A stretch of DNA of 64,000 bases from Alphaproteobacteria bacterium (GCA_964291215.2 OZ219790.1:928001-992000), one strand, 5' to 3'; positions 42,710 through 53,621 are shown, counted from the first letter of the stretch. Numbers and translations are program-made. Notes: generated by a model from the sequence alone, not told the origin.

Positions 42710-43143
42710 TAGTTATCAGTAGGACAACCGCTATACACGAAAATCTGCAGCTAACTCGTCTCGCCTCTGAAGCAAACGCCTTGCCTCGTGCATGAACTAC
42801 CAACACTCCGAGCAATACATCTTTGTCCACAACCGACAGACGCGCGAACTGTTCGGAACCTTCTACATGCTAGCGGTTGAAGTATTTGGCGCAACTTGCG
42901 GCGGGCGCTGCCGCTCAAGCGCCGCTCGGGCCAAATTCCGATTGCACGACAGCTCTCATCGCCTGACGGTTCGAGCGGTCAGGAAATCCAGTTGGGGCGC
43001 ACTTTGGCGTGTGGTTTGACACCCGACGCACTTGTCATAACGGCTATGCTGGAGCCCCGTTGACACTTGCACGGGCAATCCTCGCAGCAGGCACAGCGGC
43101 CGTTACACCATAAGGCCGCTCCGGCAGGAAACAAAAGCAGGCT

Positions 43144-43845
43144 TCAGACGCCTAGATACCGGTGCTGGATTTCCTCGTTGTCCCGCAGTTCCCCCGAATC
43201 GCCATCCCAGACGACCCGGCCGCGCTCGACGATAAAGTGCCTATCACCAATTCTGGTCAAGGCGTCGACATTCTTGTCGATGACCAGAATTGACTGGCCA
43301 AGCGCCTTGAGGCCTTCCAGACACTTCCAGATTTCCTCGCGGATCAGCGGCGCCAGCCCTTCGGTCGCCTCGTCCAGAATCAGCAACTTCGGATTAGTCA
43401 TGAGGGCGCGCCCTATCGCCAACATCTGCTGTTCGCCGCCGGAGAGCTGGTTACCCATGTTGTTCAGGCGATTGGCAAGATTGGGAAACAACTCGAGTAT
43501 GCGTTCAAGGGTCCATGGATCGCGCGCGCCCGACCGATTATCCGCGGTCGCAACGAGATTTTCACGCACGGTAAGATTGGGAAACACTTGGCGGCCCTCG
43601 GGGACGATGCCCATCCCCAGCTTGGCAATCTTGTAATCCGCCAGATCGCGGGTCTCCTCGCCTTGGAACAGTACGGATCCGGCATGTGCCCGTACCATCC
43701 CCATGATGGTGCGAATCGTCGTCGTCTTGCCCATGCCGTTGCGGCCCAGCAGGGTCACGACCTCGCCATCGTTGATCGAGAACGACATGCCGAAGAGCAC
43801 CTGGCTCTGGCCATAGGAAGCCTCAAGATCCCGTACCTCAAGCAT
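43144..43845 (-). CDS. livF: Branched-chain amino acid ABC transporter ATPase
   Basis: GRNGMGKTT, LSGGEQQ, LDEATEGLAP. Confidence 0.92.
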   Translation of the reverse strand: MLEVRDLEASYGQSQVLFGMSFSINDGEVVTLLGRNGMGKTTTIRTIMGMVRAHAGSVLFQGEETRDLADYKIAKLGMGIVPEGRQVFPNLTVRENLVATADNRSGARDPWTLERILELFPNLANRLNNMGNQLSGGEQQMLAIGRALMTNPKLLILDEATEGLAPLIREEIWKCLEGLKALGQSILVIDKNVDALTRIGDRHFIVERGRVVWDGDSGELRDNEEIQHRYLGV

Positions 43846-44602
43846 CTGCCGCGACCTTATCCTCGCCCAGATAGGCGGCGCGAACCTCGGCATTGCCGCG
43901 TATTTCGGCAGGCGTGCCCGTTGCGATCGCGCGGCCATATACCAGTACCGTGACCCGGTCTGCAATGCTGAACACGGTATCCATGTCGTGCTCGATGAGG
44001 ACCATCGAATAGCCGCCCTTGATCCCGTTCAGGAACCCGCGCATGCGTTCCGATTCTTCCTGTCCCATTCCCGCAGTCGGCTCGTCGAGCAACAGGAGTT
44101 TGGGTCCGGTCGCCAACGCCATGGCAATCTCCAGCTGGCGTTGCTCGCCGTGGGCGAGATTGCCTGCCAGCACCAGTGCACGGTCGGCGAGCCCGACATC
44201 GGCAAGTATTTTTCGTGCCGGGTCAGTCAGGACTGGATCCGTCGCGGCGTATCTCCAGAACCGGAAACTGTGCCCGGCATGGGCCTGGATCGACAGCGCG
44301 ACATTCTCCAGCGCGGTAAAATCGCGAAACACGCTGGTGACCTGGAATGACCTCGCCAGGCCGACATGGGAGCGCTGCGGCGCGGACAGGTTGTTGATGA
44401 CCCGGCCGTCGAAGACGATCCTGCCGGAGTCCGGTGCCATCATCCCCGACAGCTGCGCAACGAGGGTCGTCTTGCCGGCACCGTTGGGACCGATGACAGC
44501 ATGGATCTCTCCCGGCTCGACGTCGAAGTAAAGGTCTTCGGTCGCCGTGACGCCGCCGAATGCCTTGTTCAGTCCCTCGACCCTGAGGATCGGTTCACTC
44601 AT
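43838..44602 (-). CDS. livG: Branched-chain amino acid ABC transporter ATPase
   Basis: GPNGAGKTT, RSFQ, LDEPTAG, EHDM, AYLG. Confidence 0.92.
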   Translation of the reverse strand: MSEPILRVEGLNKAFGGVTATEDLYFDVEPGEIHAVIGPNGAGKTTLVAQLSGMMAPDSGRIVFDGRVINNLSAPQRSHVGLARSFQVTSVFRDFTALENVALSIQAHAGHSFRFWRYAATDPVLTDPARKILADVGLADRALVLAGNLAHGEQRQLEIAMALATGPKLLLLDEPTAGMGQEESERMRGFLNGIKGGYSMVLIEHDMDTVFSIADRVTVLVYGRAIATGTPAEIRGNAEVRAAYLGEDKVAADA

Positions 44603-45545
44603 TCGAGATGTCCTCCCGCCCCGGCAGCAGGCCCCACAGCCCGCGCTTGGCAAAAAGAACCAGCAGGATCAGGAGCGGTCCGAAATAGAACTGCCAGTGC
44701 TCCGTGAAATCGGAAAGGTATTCCTCGACCATCAGGTAAGCGAATGCGCCGAAAAGCGGACCGAACAGCGTTCCCATGCCGCCGACCATGACCATGATCA
44801 TTAACTCGCCCGACCGGAACCAGTGCATGTATTCGGGGGTGAGAAATTCCGTATAGTTGCCGAGGAGGAAGCCTGCTATGCCGCAGACCACGCCCGCGAT
44901 CGTGAAGGCCGCCAGACGGTACCTGAAGGTCGGGAAGCCGATCGCCTGCATGCGCGCGTCATTGGAACTCGACCCCCGGACCACCATGCCAAACCGCGAG
45001 TTGATGATCTTCCACAGGAGGATCGTGAGCACGGTCAGCGCACCGAGAATCAGGTAGTACATGTTCCAGGATTCGCTCAGATCGAAAAATGAGAAGAACT
45101 CGCTGCGGCTGTCGATCGGCAGCCCGTCATCGCCGCCATACTCCTCGAGGCTGATGCCGAGAAAATAGAACATCTGGGCCAGAGCGAATGTGATCATGAT
45201 GAAGTAGATGCCGGTCGTGCGCAGCGAGATCAGCCCCAAGAGCGCCGCGATCGCCGCGCAGCCAAACATGCAGACGAGAAGCTGAATCCAACCGTTCGTC
45301 ACCTCGTAATAGGCAAGGATGCCGACCGCATAGGTTCCAAGCCCGAGATAGAGCGCGTGGCCGAAACTGATCATCGCGCCGTATCCAAGAATAAAGTCCA
45401 GACTCATCGCCGCAATGGCGAAAATCATCACGCGCGCGATCAGATCGACGTAGAAGGGCTCGTTGATCATCTCCGCAATCGGCGGCAGCAGCGCCAGGAC
45501 CAGAAAGCAGATCAGCAGGAAGGAAAGCTTGAGACGACTGAGCAT
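44595..45545 (-). CDS. livM: Branched-chain amino acid ABC transporter permease
   Basis: SFGHA, YFIMITFALAQ, GGDDG, VGGMGT. Confidence 0.9.
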   Translation of the reverse strand: MLSRLKLSFLLICFLVLALLPPIAEMINEPFYVDLIARVMIFAIAAMSLDFILGYGAMISFGHALYLGLGTYAVGILAYYEVTNGWIQLLVCMFGCAAIAALLGLISLRTTGIYFIMITFALAQMFYFLGISLEEYGGDDGLPIDSRSEFFSFFDLSESWNMYYLILGALTVLTILLWKIINSRFGMVVRGSSSNDARMQAIGFPTFRYRLAAFTIAGVVCGIAGFLLGNYTEFLTPEYMHWFRSGELMIMVMVGGMGTLFGPLFGAFAYLMVEEYLSDFTEHWQFYFGPLLILLVLFAKRGLWGLLPGREDISNE

Positions 45546-45549
45546 GGGG

Positions 45550-46473
45550 TCAACCGGTACGCGCAGGGAACAGCCCCTGCGGCTTGAAGAACAGGATGAT
45601 TGCCATCAGGATGTAGACCAGCATCGACGCGAGAGCCGGGCCGGCTGTCTGCGCCGCTTCCGAGGACACCACCTCGAGCATGAAGACGGGCAGGATCGAG
45701 CGCCCGACGGTCTCGAAAATGCCGACGATCACCGACGCGACCAAGGCGCCCCGGATCGAGCCGATGCCGCCAATGACGATGACGACAAAAGCGAAGATCA
45801 GCATTTCCTCACCCATGCCGCTTTCCACCGAAATAAGCGGCGCCGCCATCAGGCCGGCAAGGCCCGCAAAGACGGCGCCGAGTCCGAAGACGACGGTGTA
45901 GAGGAAACGGATGTTGATGCCGAGCGCGCCCACCATCGAACGGTTGCTGGCTCCGGCGCGTATGAGCATGCCTAGCCGGGTGCGGGTAATCATCCAGTAA
46001 AGGGCCCCGGCCACGACGATGCCAACGCCAATGACAATGAGACGGTAGACCGGATAGGGGGCGTCTGGCAGGATCTCGACATTGCCGCTGAGCCAGGCCG
46101 GCAGCGTCAACGGCAGCGCCTCGACACCCCAGACCAAGCGCACGAGTTCATTAAAGAAGAGGATGAGCCCGAACGTCGCCAGCACCTGATCCATGTGGTC
46201 GCGCTCATACATGGTTCTGAGCACCACGAGTTCAATGATGATGCCGACAAGGAGCAGCACCGGCACCATCAGCACGAGTGCCACCAGCAGACTTCCCGTC
46301 CAGCCGAAGAACGTCGACGCGAAATAGGCGCCAACCATGTAGAGTGAGCCGTGGGCGAGATTCACCACGTTCATGATCCCGAGGACCAGCGTGAGGCCGG
46401 CGGAAATCAGGAACAGGAACACACCGAACTGGATCCCGTTCAGAAATTGCTCAACGACCAACAGGAAACTCAT
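45550..46473 (-). CDS. livH: Branched-chain amino acid ABC transporter permease
   Basis: GLTLVLGIMNVVNLAHG, TRLGMLIRA, IGGIGS, KPQGLF. Confidence 0.9.
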   Translation of the reverse strand: MSFLLVVEQFLNGIQFGVFLFLISAGLTLVLGIMNVVNLAHGSLYMVGAYFASTFFGWTGSLLVALVLMVPVLLLVGIIIELVVLRTMYERDHMDQVLATFGLILFFNELVRLVWGVEALPLTLPAWLSGNVEILPDAPYPVYRLIVIGVGIVVAGALYWMITRTRLGMLIRAGASNRSMVGALGINIRFLYTVVFGLGAVFAGLAGLMAAPLISVESGMGEEMLIFAFVVIVIGGIGSIRGALVASVIVGIFETVGRSILPVFMLEVVSSEAAQTAGPALASMLVYILMAIILFFKPQGLFPARTG

Positions 46474-46551
46474 CTACGTCACCACGATTGTGTCAGGCGA
46501 AAGGGTTGGGGCTGGCGAAGGATGCGAGACAGGCAGGAAGCCTGACAGGCA

Positions 46552-46579
46552 CGGGGAGAATCCCGGAGGATTCTCCCCG
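46552..46579 (-). terminator. Intercistronic stem-loop after the binding-protein gene
   Basis: CGGGGAGAATCC-CGGA-GGATTCTCCCCG perfect 12-bp stem. Confidence 0.7.
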
Positions 46580-46602
46580 CAACGCAGTGTTGGCGCAGCA
46601 GC

Positions 46603-47784
46603 TTACCACTTCATCTTGCACTTCGTGTGGTGGCTGTCCTTGGCCTGCGCAAAGACCTTGCTGCGCGTGACGATGGTCGGCTTGCCGTCCGGACCGTTCA
46701 CGACCTCGCGTTTCCAGTAGTCCTGGATCGGGCTGTGGTTCACGTTGTACGAGAACTTGCCGCGCGGCGACTCGATAGCGGCCGTCCGCATCGCGTTGCG
46801 GATGGCGTCGTGATTCTTGAGGTCGCCATCGGCGCCGCGAACGCCGAGATCGATCAGCAACGCGCCGTCATAGCCCTGCACCGAGAAGTTCGACGGGTGG
46901 TGCCCGTACTTCTTGATGTAGTCCTTGATGAAGCGCTGATTGGCCGGGTTCTTGGACTGGTGGTTCCAGAAATTGGTGTGATAGCTGCCAACCGCATTCT
47001 GGCCGTGGGCGGCGAGCGTGCCGAAATCCACGGTGAACACGGTATAGAGCTTGACTTCCTTGTCGAGGCCAGCCGCCTTGTACTGCTTCATGAAGGAAAC
47101 GCCCATGGCACCCGGAAGAAACGCGAAGATGGCGCCGGGCTTGATCGCGCGAATCTGCGAGATTTCGGCCTGCCAGTCGCTCTGCCCGAGCTTGTAGAGG
47201 ATCTTGCCCTTGGTCGGCTTCTTATACTGCCGGTTGAACCCGGCCAGCATGTCCTTGCCGGCCTGATAGTTGGCCGAAAGCTCGAACACATCCTCGATGC
47301 CCTCGTCGCGCATCAGCTTGCCCATCGCCTCCGGCATCATGTCGTTGTTCCAGCCCGAGCGGAAGAAATACGGATTGCAGTTCTTGCCGTCCATGCCGGA
47401 CCAGCCCGCATTGGTGCTGATTAAGAAGGTCTCGGCCCTGAAGGCCTGCTTCCACACCGCGGCGAGTATGTTGGACCAAGTGATGCCGGCGATGAAGTGC
47501 ACCCTGTCCTTCTTGATGAATTCATTCACGACCTGGCGCCCGACATCGGGTTTGTGCTGGTCGTCCTTCTTGACGATCTCGGGCTTCAGCCCTCCGAGCT
47601 TTCCGCCAAGATGGTCTTCGACGGCCAGCATGAACCCTTCCCATTGATACCTACCAAATATTCCTCGCCCGCCGGAGAACCCATTGATGAAACCGACCTT
47701 CACACCTTCGGCAAAGGACGGCGATGCGCCGGGCGCGACAGCGAGAACCGCTGCGGCGGCGACGCCCCAAAGAAGCTTCTTCAT
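46603..47784 (-). CDS. LivK/HAAT-family ABC substrate-binding protein
   Basis: Signal peptide MKKLLWG, DDQHKPD, NYQAGKD, QGYD, SPRG. Confidence 0.9.
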   Translation of the reverse strand: MKKLLWGVAAAAVLAVAPGASPSFAEGVKVGFINGFSGGRGIFGRYQWEGFMLAVEDHLGGKLGGLKPEIVKKDDQHKPDVGRQVVNEFIKKDRVHFIAGITWSNILAAVWKQAFRAETFLISTNAGWSGMDGKNCNPYFFRSGWNNDMMPEAMGKLMRDEGIEDVFELSANYQAGKDMLAGFNRQYKKPTKGKILYKLGQSDWQAEISQIRAIKPGAIFAFLPGAMGVSFMKQYKAAGLDKEVKLYTVFTVDFGTLAAHGQNAVGSYHTNFWNHQSKNPANQRFIKDYIKKYGHHPSNFSVQGYDGALLIDLGVRGADGDLKNHDAIRNAMRTAAIESPRGKFSYNVNHSPIQDYWKREVVNGPDGKPTIVTRSKVFAQAKDSHHTKCKMKW

Positions 47785-47940
47785 GATATTTGTCCCAGAA
47801 GTTTGTACGGTGTACGGGAAATCCCATGGAAACGTACTACAAGTCCGGCTACCATGCAAAATCGTTGCGTTGCCGTTCCGCACACCCGATCCTCGCAGCC
47901 GACAACGGACGCCCGGTCGATCAAAAGGAAACATGCCGGA

Positions 47941-48429
47941 ATGAACCGCCACGTACGCACCCTCCTATCCCGGATCCTGGCCGGCCCGCCGCGGTGCCCG
48001 GTCATGTCCGCCGACTTCGGGGGTGACGACGGAGCGCGCCTGCTCGCCGACATGCGCGCCTGCCTCGACGACGAAAGCGTCGTCGGCACGACGCAGCGCG
48101 CCAACGCGCTTGCGGACCTCTATCATCGGCTCGCGCCGCCAGGGCAGGCGCGATTCGTCGCTATCGTCGGCGCGCTTGGCGATCGCTCCGGGACGGCCGG
48201 CGGCGGCCTGTCGGAACCCGGCGCCTTTGCCCGGATGGAAGAGCTCGAACTGTTCGGACGGGCATCCAGCAAGCTCGCCCTCCTCGAGAGCCTCGAGCCA
48301 CCGCGACGCAGACTGCTGCAACTGTTCGCCGCGACTGCAAGGGGCCGCGAGATTCTGAATGGAATGCGCCGGTACGCCGATACCGGACTTTCCGCCGAGA
48401 TCGACAGGATACTCAAGACGGGCCCATGA
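47941..48429 (+). CDS. Hypothetical protein resembling the malonyl-CoA decarboxylase N-terminal helical domain
   Basis: RANALADLY..F, LEPPRRRLLQLF..G..L..MR. Confidence 0.5.
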   Translation: MNRHVRTLLSRILAGPPRCPVMSADFGGDDGARLLADMRACLDDESVVGTTQRANALADLYHRLAPPGQARFVAIVGALGDRSGTAGGGLSEPGAFARMEELELFGRASSKLALLESLEPPRRRLLQLFAATARGREILNGMRRYADTGLSAEIDRILKTGP

Positions 48430-48451
48430 CAGGCCGCCGGCGGCGGACGGG

Positions 48452-49465
48452 TCAGGTTACGGCCCGCACTGCCAGCCTCAGCGTCTCAAGAATGTCGAAC
48501 ATTCTCGCGACGTAGTGGGTGCGATCCCGAAACCCGCCGGCCCCGGACTCCCGGAGCGCAACATTTGCGGCCTCGACCAGCCGCCGGAGCCGCCGGTGAT
48601 GAATGCCGAGCAGCCGCTGAACCGGATCGGCAACGACGCCTGCGAACGCGGCCAGGAGCGACATCGCAACCAGGAGCGCCACCGTCATCGCGAAGACCAT
48701 CGAGAGTGACGCGTCGACAGGGAACGCGGCTTGCCAGACGCGGCCCATCGCCGCGCCGAGCGGGAACGCGTCGATGGCCGCTTGCCGGGCCTGCAGAGCC
48801 GCCAGCGACGGTCCGAGGGAAAAGGCCGTCGGCGTCAGTTGATGCAACAGGACAAGACCCGCCGCCGCGGAGATGCATGCGGTCGTGATCTCTGCCGCCG
48901 GAGTGCGGGCGCTAACATAGTGCGCAAGGTCGGCCGCAAGCCCCGCCCCGACCACCTCGCCCCTGTGGGTGTCGAACGTCTCGCAGAGCCTCACCGATGC
49001 GGCGGCAAGCGGGGATTCTGCAGCGCCTTCATCGCCGGATCCATCCGCTGCCGCATCGCGCTCTCCCAGCACCGCACGAACGGCACGCCCAGCATCCCCG
49101 GCACCCAACAGCTCGATGCGGACCAGACGTTCGACCTCGCGCTCGACATCGGTCCGGAATTGCGTGGGAAGACGTTCCACCGACGCCGTCAGACCAGCTG
49201 CGCCGATCCTGCCGGCAAGAAAGGTAGCGGCAGCCTTGATCAGATGCGGTACGGCAAGGAAGAGGTTCGCCGGCGCACGCAGGAGGTCGAGGCCGAGCGC
49301 CGCTCGATGGATGCGAAGAGTTCCGCGGAAGCTAAAATGCCGGTCAACGAACCCGTCGACGCGACCGTGGCAGGCCTCGACGTAACTGTCGATGAACAGG
49401 TCAAAGACGTGTTCCGCTTCGGCATCGCCGGATGCCACCGCCTCCCCGCCGCGTGTTTCGTTCAT
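48452..49465 (-). CDS. DUF6635-like membrane protein
   Basis: VDGFVDRHFS..GTLRIHRAALGLDLLRAPAN, DPVQRLLGIHHRRL. Confidence 0.65.
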   Translation of the reverse strand: MNETRGGEAVASGDAEAEHVFDLFIDSYVEACHGRVDGFVDRHFSFRGTLRIHRAALGLDLLRAPANLFLAVPHLIKAAATFLAGRIGAAGLTASVERLPTQFRTDVEREVERLVRIELLGAGDAGRAVRAVLGERDAAADGSGDEGAAESPLAAASVRLCETFDTHRGEVVGAGLAADLAHYVSARTPAAEITTACISAAAGLVLLHQLTPTAFSLGPSLAALQARQAAIDAFPLGAAMGRVWQAAFPVDASLSMVFAMTVALLVAMSLLAAFAGVVADPVQRLLGIHHRRLRRLVEAANVALRESGAGGFRDRTHYVARMFDILETLRLAVRAVT

Positions 49466-49683
49466 GGCCCCGAACCTGATGCAAGCGCAACGCCCAGCTG
49501 CTTCCCGCAGCCCACAACATACATCGGCCGGCCGGCGCCCGAAACCGCCGCCGCACTTGGCGCCGACACGGAATCGGCTTGCCCGCTTGCAAACCGACCC
49601 CGTGGACGCCACGCTGAGCGGAAAGGCTCAGGGAGCGGGTCCGGCGTGGTAGCAGACCCGCGAATTTCACAGGAGAATAGAAG

Positions 49684-50682
49684 ATGCTTGACGCAGCCAT
49701 CATCGGCCTCGGCTGGTGGGGAAAGATCCTGACGCAGACCCTGTTCGCGAGCAGCAAGATCCGGGTCGTGCGCCTGTTCGATGTCGACGCCGACGCCGGC
49801 CAGGCGTTCGCTGGCGATCACGGCATCAGGTTCGCCGAGAGCTTCGAGGCGATCCTCGAAGACGATGCCGTCGGCGCCGTCATTCTCGCGACGCCGCATT
49901 CGCTCCACGAGCAGCAGATCATCGCGGCAGCGCGGGCGGACAAGCACGTCTTCTGCGAGAAGCCGCTTTGCCTCGACCGCGCGTCGGCGGTCAGGGCCCT
50001 CGACGCCGTCCGCGAGGCCGGCGTCCGGATCGCGATCGGCCACGAGCGGCGCTTCGAGCCGCCGATCATGAAGGCCGCCAGTCTCATGCGCGAAGGGCGG
50101 CTCGGCGCGCCGATGCACATAGAAGGGAATTTCAGCCACGACATCTTCACGGCGCTCGACGCCGACAACTGGCGCATGAACTCGAGCGAGAGCCCGGCCG
50201 GCGGGCTTACGGCGACCCTGATCCATCTCATGGATCTCTCGATCAGCCTCTTCGGCCAGCCCGAGCAGGTCCGCGCATCGTGCGAATGCCACGGCGGCGT
50301 CGTCACCAACGGCGACACGCTCTCCGCCCATGTCCGGTTTGCCGGTGGCCGCACGGCGACGCTGAACGCGTTGACCCACACTCCGTTCTTTTCGAGATTC
50401 GCCATCTTCGGCGCCGAGGGATGGGCGGAAGTGCGCGACAAGGCCCATGTCCAGACCCCCGAGGGCTGGTTCCTCACCACTTGCTTCAAAGACGAGAATC
50501 CGTCCACCGAGGAGTTCGCCGCCACAACCCCGGTACTCTCGAACCTCGAGGCCTTTGCCGATGCCGTCGCCGGCGCAGTGCCCTATCCCAACACGCCCAA
50601 ACAGATGACCATGAACGTGTCGCTCCTCGAAGCAATCGTGAAGTCGAACGCTTCCGGCAGGGTCGAGGAGGTAGAGCGTTGA
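49684..50682 (+). CDS. Gfo/Idh/MocA oxidoreductase
   Basis: IIGLGWWG, ATPHSLH, FCEKP, GHERRF. Confidence 0.9.
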   Translation: MLDAAIIGLGWWGKILTQTLFASSKIRVVRLFDVDADAGQAFAGDHGIRFAESFEAILEDDAVGAVILATPHSLHEQQIIAAARADKHVFCEKPLCLDRASAVRALDAVREAGVRIAIGHERRFEPPIMKAASLMREGRLGAPMHIEGNFSHDIFTALDADNWRMNSSESPAGGLTATLIHLMDLSISLFGQPEQVRASCECHGGVVTNGDTLSAHVRFAGGRTATLNALTHTPFFSRFAIFGAEGWAEVRDKAHVQTPEGWFLTTCFKDENPSTEEFAATTPVLSNLEAFADAVAGAVPYPNTPKQMTMNVSLLEAIVKSNASGRVEEVER

Positions 50683-50706
50683 GCGCCGACGCGGGGCCGC
50701 GCCGGC

Positions 50707-51348
50707 TCAGGCGGCGCGGCTCACGTCCGGACGGGCGTCAACGGCGTCATACCACCGCGTGACGTTCGGGCAGTCATCGGTGACGGCAAGCCGTCGCGAG
50801 GTCCCGAAGGCGATCGCGCAATAGGCGGTGATGTCGGCGAACGAGAAGCGATCGCCGACGATGAATTCGCGACCTTCGAGTTGGGTGTCCAGCTTGGAGA
50901 AGAAAAGCCCGAGCCGAAACTGGCCGCGTTCGGCGAGTTCCGGTATCTGCGGGACTTCGTTCGCGTATCCGGCCACGCCACGGCCGGCAAAGGCCTTGTG
51001 GGTGTTGCGGAAATACTCGGACACTGCCATCAGACCCTCCCATTCGGCCACGCGGTCCCACATCTCGATCTGAGCGGCTTCCTTGGCGTCGCGGCCCATG
51101 AGCGGGTTGTTCGGGTAGCAAGCCTCGAGGTACCGACAGATCGCCGGCGCTTCTGCGATCCAGTCGCCGTCATCGAGTTCCAGAAGCGGCACCCGGCGAT
51201 GTGGAAACCGGTGGCAAAAATCGGGGCTGAGCCGCGACGGATTCTCCGAGTCGCCCGCGTTGACGATCTCGATGTCGATTCCCTTCTCGGCCACGAAAAT
51301 CGTTGCGCGCCTGGGATTGGGGGCCATCGGCCAGTTATAGAGCTTCAT
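50707..51348 (-). CDS. Glutathione S-transferase
   Basis: APNPRR, VPLLELDDG, AICRYLE, FSFADI. Confidence 0.9.
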   Translation of the reverse strand: MKLYNWPMAPNPRRATIFVAEKGIDIEIVNAGDSENPSRLSPDFCHRFPHRRVPLLELDDGDWIAEAPAICRYLEACYPNNPLMGRDAKEAAQIEMWDRVAEWEGLMAVSEYFRNTHKAFAGRGVAGYANEVPQIPELAERGQFRLGLFFSKLDTQLEGREFIVGDRFSFADITAYCAIAFGTSRRLAVTDDCPNVTRWYDAVDARPDVSRAA

Positions 51349-52357
51349 CGGCGGTCTCCGCTTGTATCAGCCTGTTGAGCAGGGTTCGCGCCTGGATCAC
51401 CGGCGCATCGGCATTGACGTCGATGCGCCGAGACGGCAGCGCTGCCTCCCGCGAGGCCTGCAGCGCCTCGACGATCTCGACATCCTCGGCGAATATGCGG
51501 GAAAATTCTGCCTTGCGGGCGACCGCAGCATCCTCGTCCGCGGGGGCACCGCCAACCGACCAGAAATAGTGGCAGCTGCCTGCCGTCTCCGGCGTCATGA
51601 AGTGCATCGTGTGCAGGGTCATGCCGCGGGACCGGTCACCCTTCTCCGCCCCGGTTCCCGCGAGCGCGCATCCGATGTCGAAAGCGCAGAGAGACGGCGG
51701 ACTGAAGTCCCAGATCAGCCAGCGGTCGACATTGTCGCGGGTGCCGAGCGCCCGGGCAAAGGTCGGTGACGGAATGACATCCATCATCCAGCGTTCAGCC
51801 CTGACGCCCCCCGCCGTGCGCCGCACCTTGGGCGGCGTGTCGGTAATCGCGCTTGAGCCCAGCGTATCAGGATGAACGAACGGCGCGTGGGTGTTGTCGA
51901 GTTGGATGTCGATGAGCAGTTCATAGGCGCATTCGACGTGCCGGTACTGCTCGACCACGGCCCATTCCGGATTCTCGCGCCAGGTCAAGTCGGGGATCAG
52001 ACCGGTATCGGCGCGGCCCGGATCTCCCATCCAGATCCAAAGCCAGCCATGACGCTCGGTCAAAGGATAGCTGTGGACGCGCGCGCCGCGCGGAACGCGG
52101 GTCTGGCCGGGTACCCGCACGCAGGTGCCGGCGGAATCAAATTCGAGACCGTGATAGCCGCATTGCAGCCGCTCCCCGGTCACCTGCCCGAGCGACAGCG
52201 GTAAGCCCCGATGGCAGCAGCGATCGGCGAGCGCGGCCACAGTTCCCCACCCATCACGGAACAGTACCACGGGTTCGCCGAGAAAGGTCCGTCCCAAGGG
52301 CGCGGCCCCGACCTCCGATGGCTGCGCCGCGATGTACCAAGTGTTACGAAGATACAT
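51335..52357 (-). CDS. Rieske oxygenase alpha subunit (VanA-like demethylase family)
   Basis: LRNTWY, CCHRGLPLS, CGYHG, DNTHAPFVH, FAED. Confidence 0.88.
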   Translation of the reverse strand: MYLRNTWYIAAQPSEVGAAPLGRTFLGEPVVLFRDGWGTVAALADRCCHRGLPLSLGQVTGERLQCGYHGLEFDSAGTCVRVPGQTRVPRGARVHSYPLTERHGWLWIWMGDPGRADTGLIPDLTWRENPEWAVVEQYRHVECAYELLIDIQLDNTHAPFVHPDTLGSSAITDTPPKVRRTAGGVRAERWMMDVIPSPTFARALGTRDNVDRWLIWDFSPPSLCAFDIGCALAGTGAEKGDRSRGMTLHTMHFMTPETAGSCHYFWSVGGAPADEDAAVARKAEFSRIFAEDVEIVEALQASREAALPSRRIDVNADAPVIQARTLLNRLIQAETADEAL

Positions 52358-52469
52358 GACGTGGGCTTCCCGCCGTCTTGGACCGCAGCGTCCCGGGTTT
52401 GGCGCCGCAGGAGAACGTCGGGGATTATAGCGAATAGTCCCGGCCACGATGATTCTTGGTTTTCCCGGC

Positions 52470-52670
52470 CCGTGGGGATTTATGGGCATCGGGCTGACGC
52501 CCGCCGGATGCTCGACGACAAGGCGGGGCCGTCATCACGGTCACCCCGCCTGCATCGGCCAGACTTGCGCGGAGTACAGCGCCATTGGCGCTGCCAACCG
52601 GATGGCGCAAGCGACCTTCAAGTGCGTGGCCTGCGGCCATGCGGACAACACTGCGGCAAACATTGAGGTC
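52470..52670 (+). pseudogene. TnpB (IS200/IS605) C-terminal zinc-ribbon remnant
   Basis: RRMLDDKAG, PACIGQTCAE, FKCVACGHADN..AANI. Confidence 0.65.
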
Positions 52671-52699
52671 GGGGCCCGGCACAACTGCGCGGAGAGGGC

Positions 52700-53612
52700 G
52701 TGACCGTTGGGCTGGGGATTGGCCGAACGGGAGTACGGCCGCAGCACGCACCCGGACGACAGGATCAGGCGCCGGATCGCGCAGATGGGCGCGGCCTGGA
52801 CCCGGCGTCTCGGCGAGCACCTACCGGCGATCTTCCCGGGGCACACAGAACAGGTGGCGACCTACCGGTTGCTGTCCAACGAGGCGGTGAGGATGGAGTA
52901 CATACTGGATTCGCATGTCGAGCAGACGGTGGAGCGGTGCCGCGCCGAGCGGCTAGTGCTGGCCGTGCAAGACACGACCACGCTGAACTACGACGGCCTG
53001 TCGGGGACATCGGGCCTCGACGACCTCGCCGGTGGCGGCAAGGGCACCTCGGGCATCCTGGCCCATGTCGGCATGGCGGTGAACGCGGTCGGACGGCCGC
53101 TCGGGATGTTCGATGCGGACGCGGACTTCTGCCAGGCTGAGGGCAAGGACAGTGTCCGCTGGATCGCCGGTCTCGACCGGGCGCAGGAACTTGCGCGCGC
53201 CTGTCCGCATACCCGCGTCGTGACGGTCTGCGACCGGGAAGGCGACTTCCGGGAGATGAACTCGCGGGCCGAGGAGACCGGGGCGTCACTGCTGATCCGG
53301 GCGAGCCAGGGAACGCAGCGCCGGGTGGCGCTGCCTTCGGGCGACGACGCAGACCTCTGGGACCACGTGCTGGAAACGGACCCCGTCGGAAGGCGCCGGA
53401 TCGTGGTTCCCGCCTGCGGCGGCCGAACCGCAGGAAGGGCCGCAAGGCGAAGCTGACGCTGCGCTGCGCGCCCGTGGACCTGCTTGCCCCGAAAGACCGG
53501 GCGGGCGAGGGGCCGATTCGCGTGATCGCGGTCTCTGCTCTCGAGGAAAACCCGCCCCGTCGCGGCGGGAAAGAAGGGCGAGCCGCTGCACTGGATGTTG
53601 CTGACCACCGAG
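52700..53612 (+). mobile_element. IS4 family (Tn5-like) transposase fragment
   Basis: YRLLSN, VLAVQDTTTLNY, VCDREGD, HWMLLTT; truncated by an IS256 end. Confidence 0.85.
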
Positions 53613-53621
53613 GGGGGGGGG

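Noticed and set aside
42712-43140. 75-aa ORF at 42792-43019
   Set aside because: No RBS or recognisable motif; probably a remnant cut by IS630
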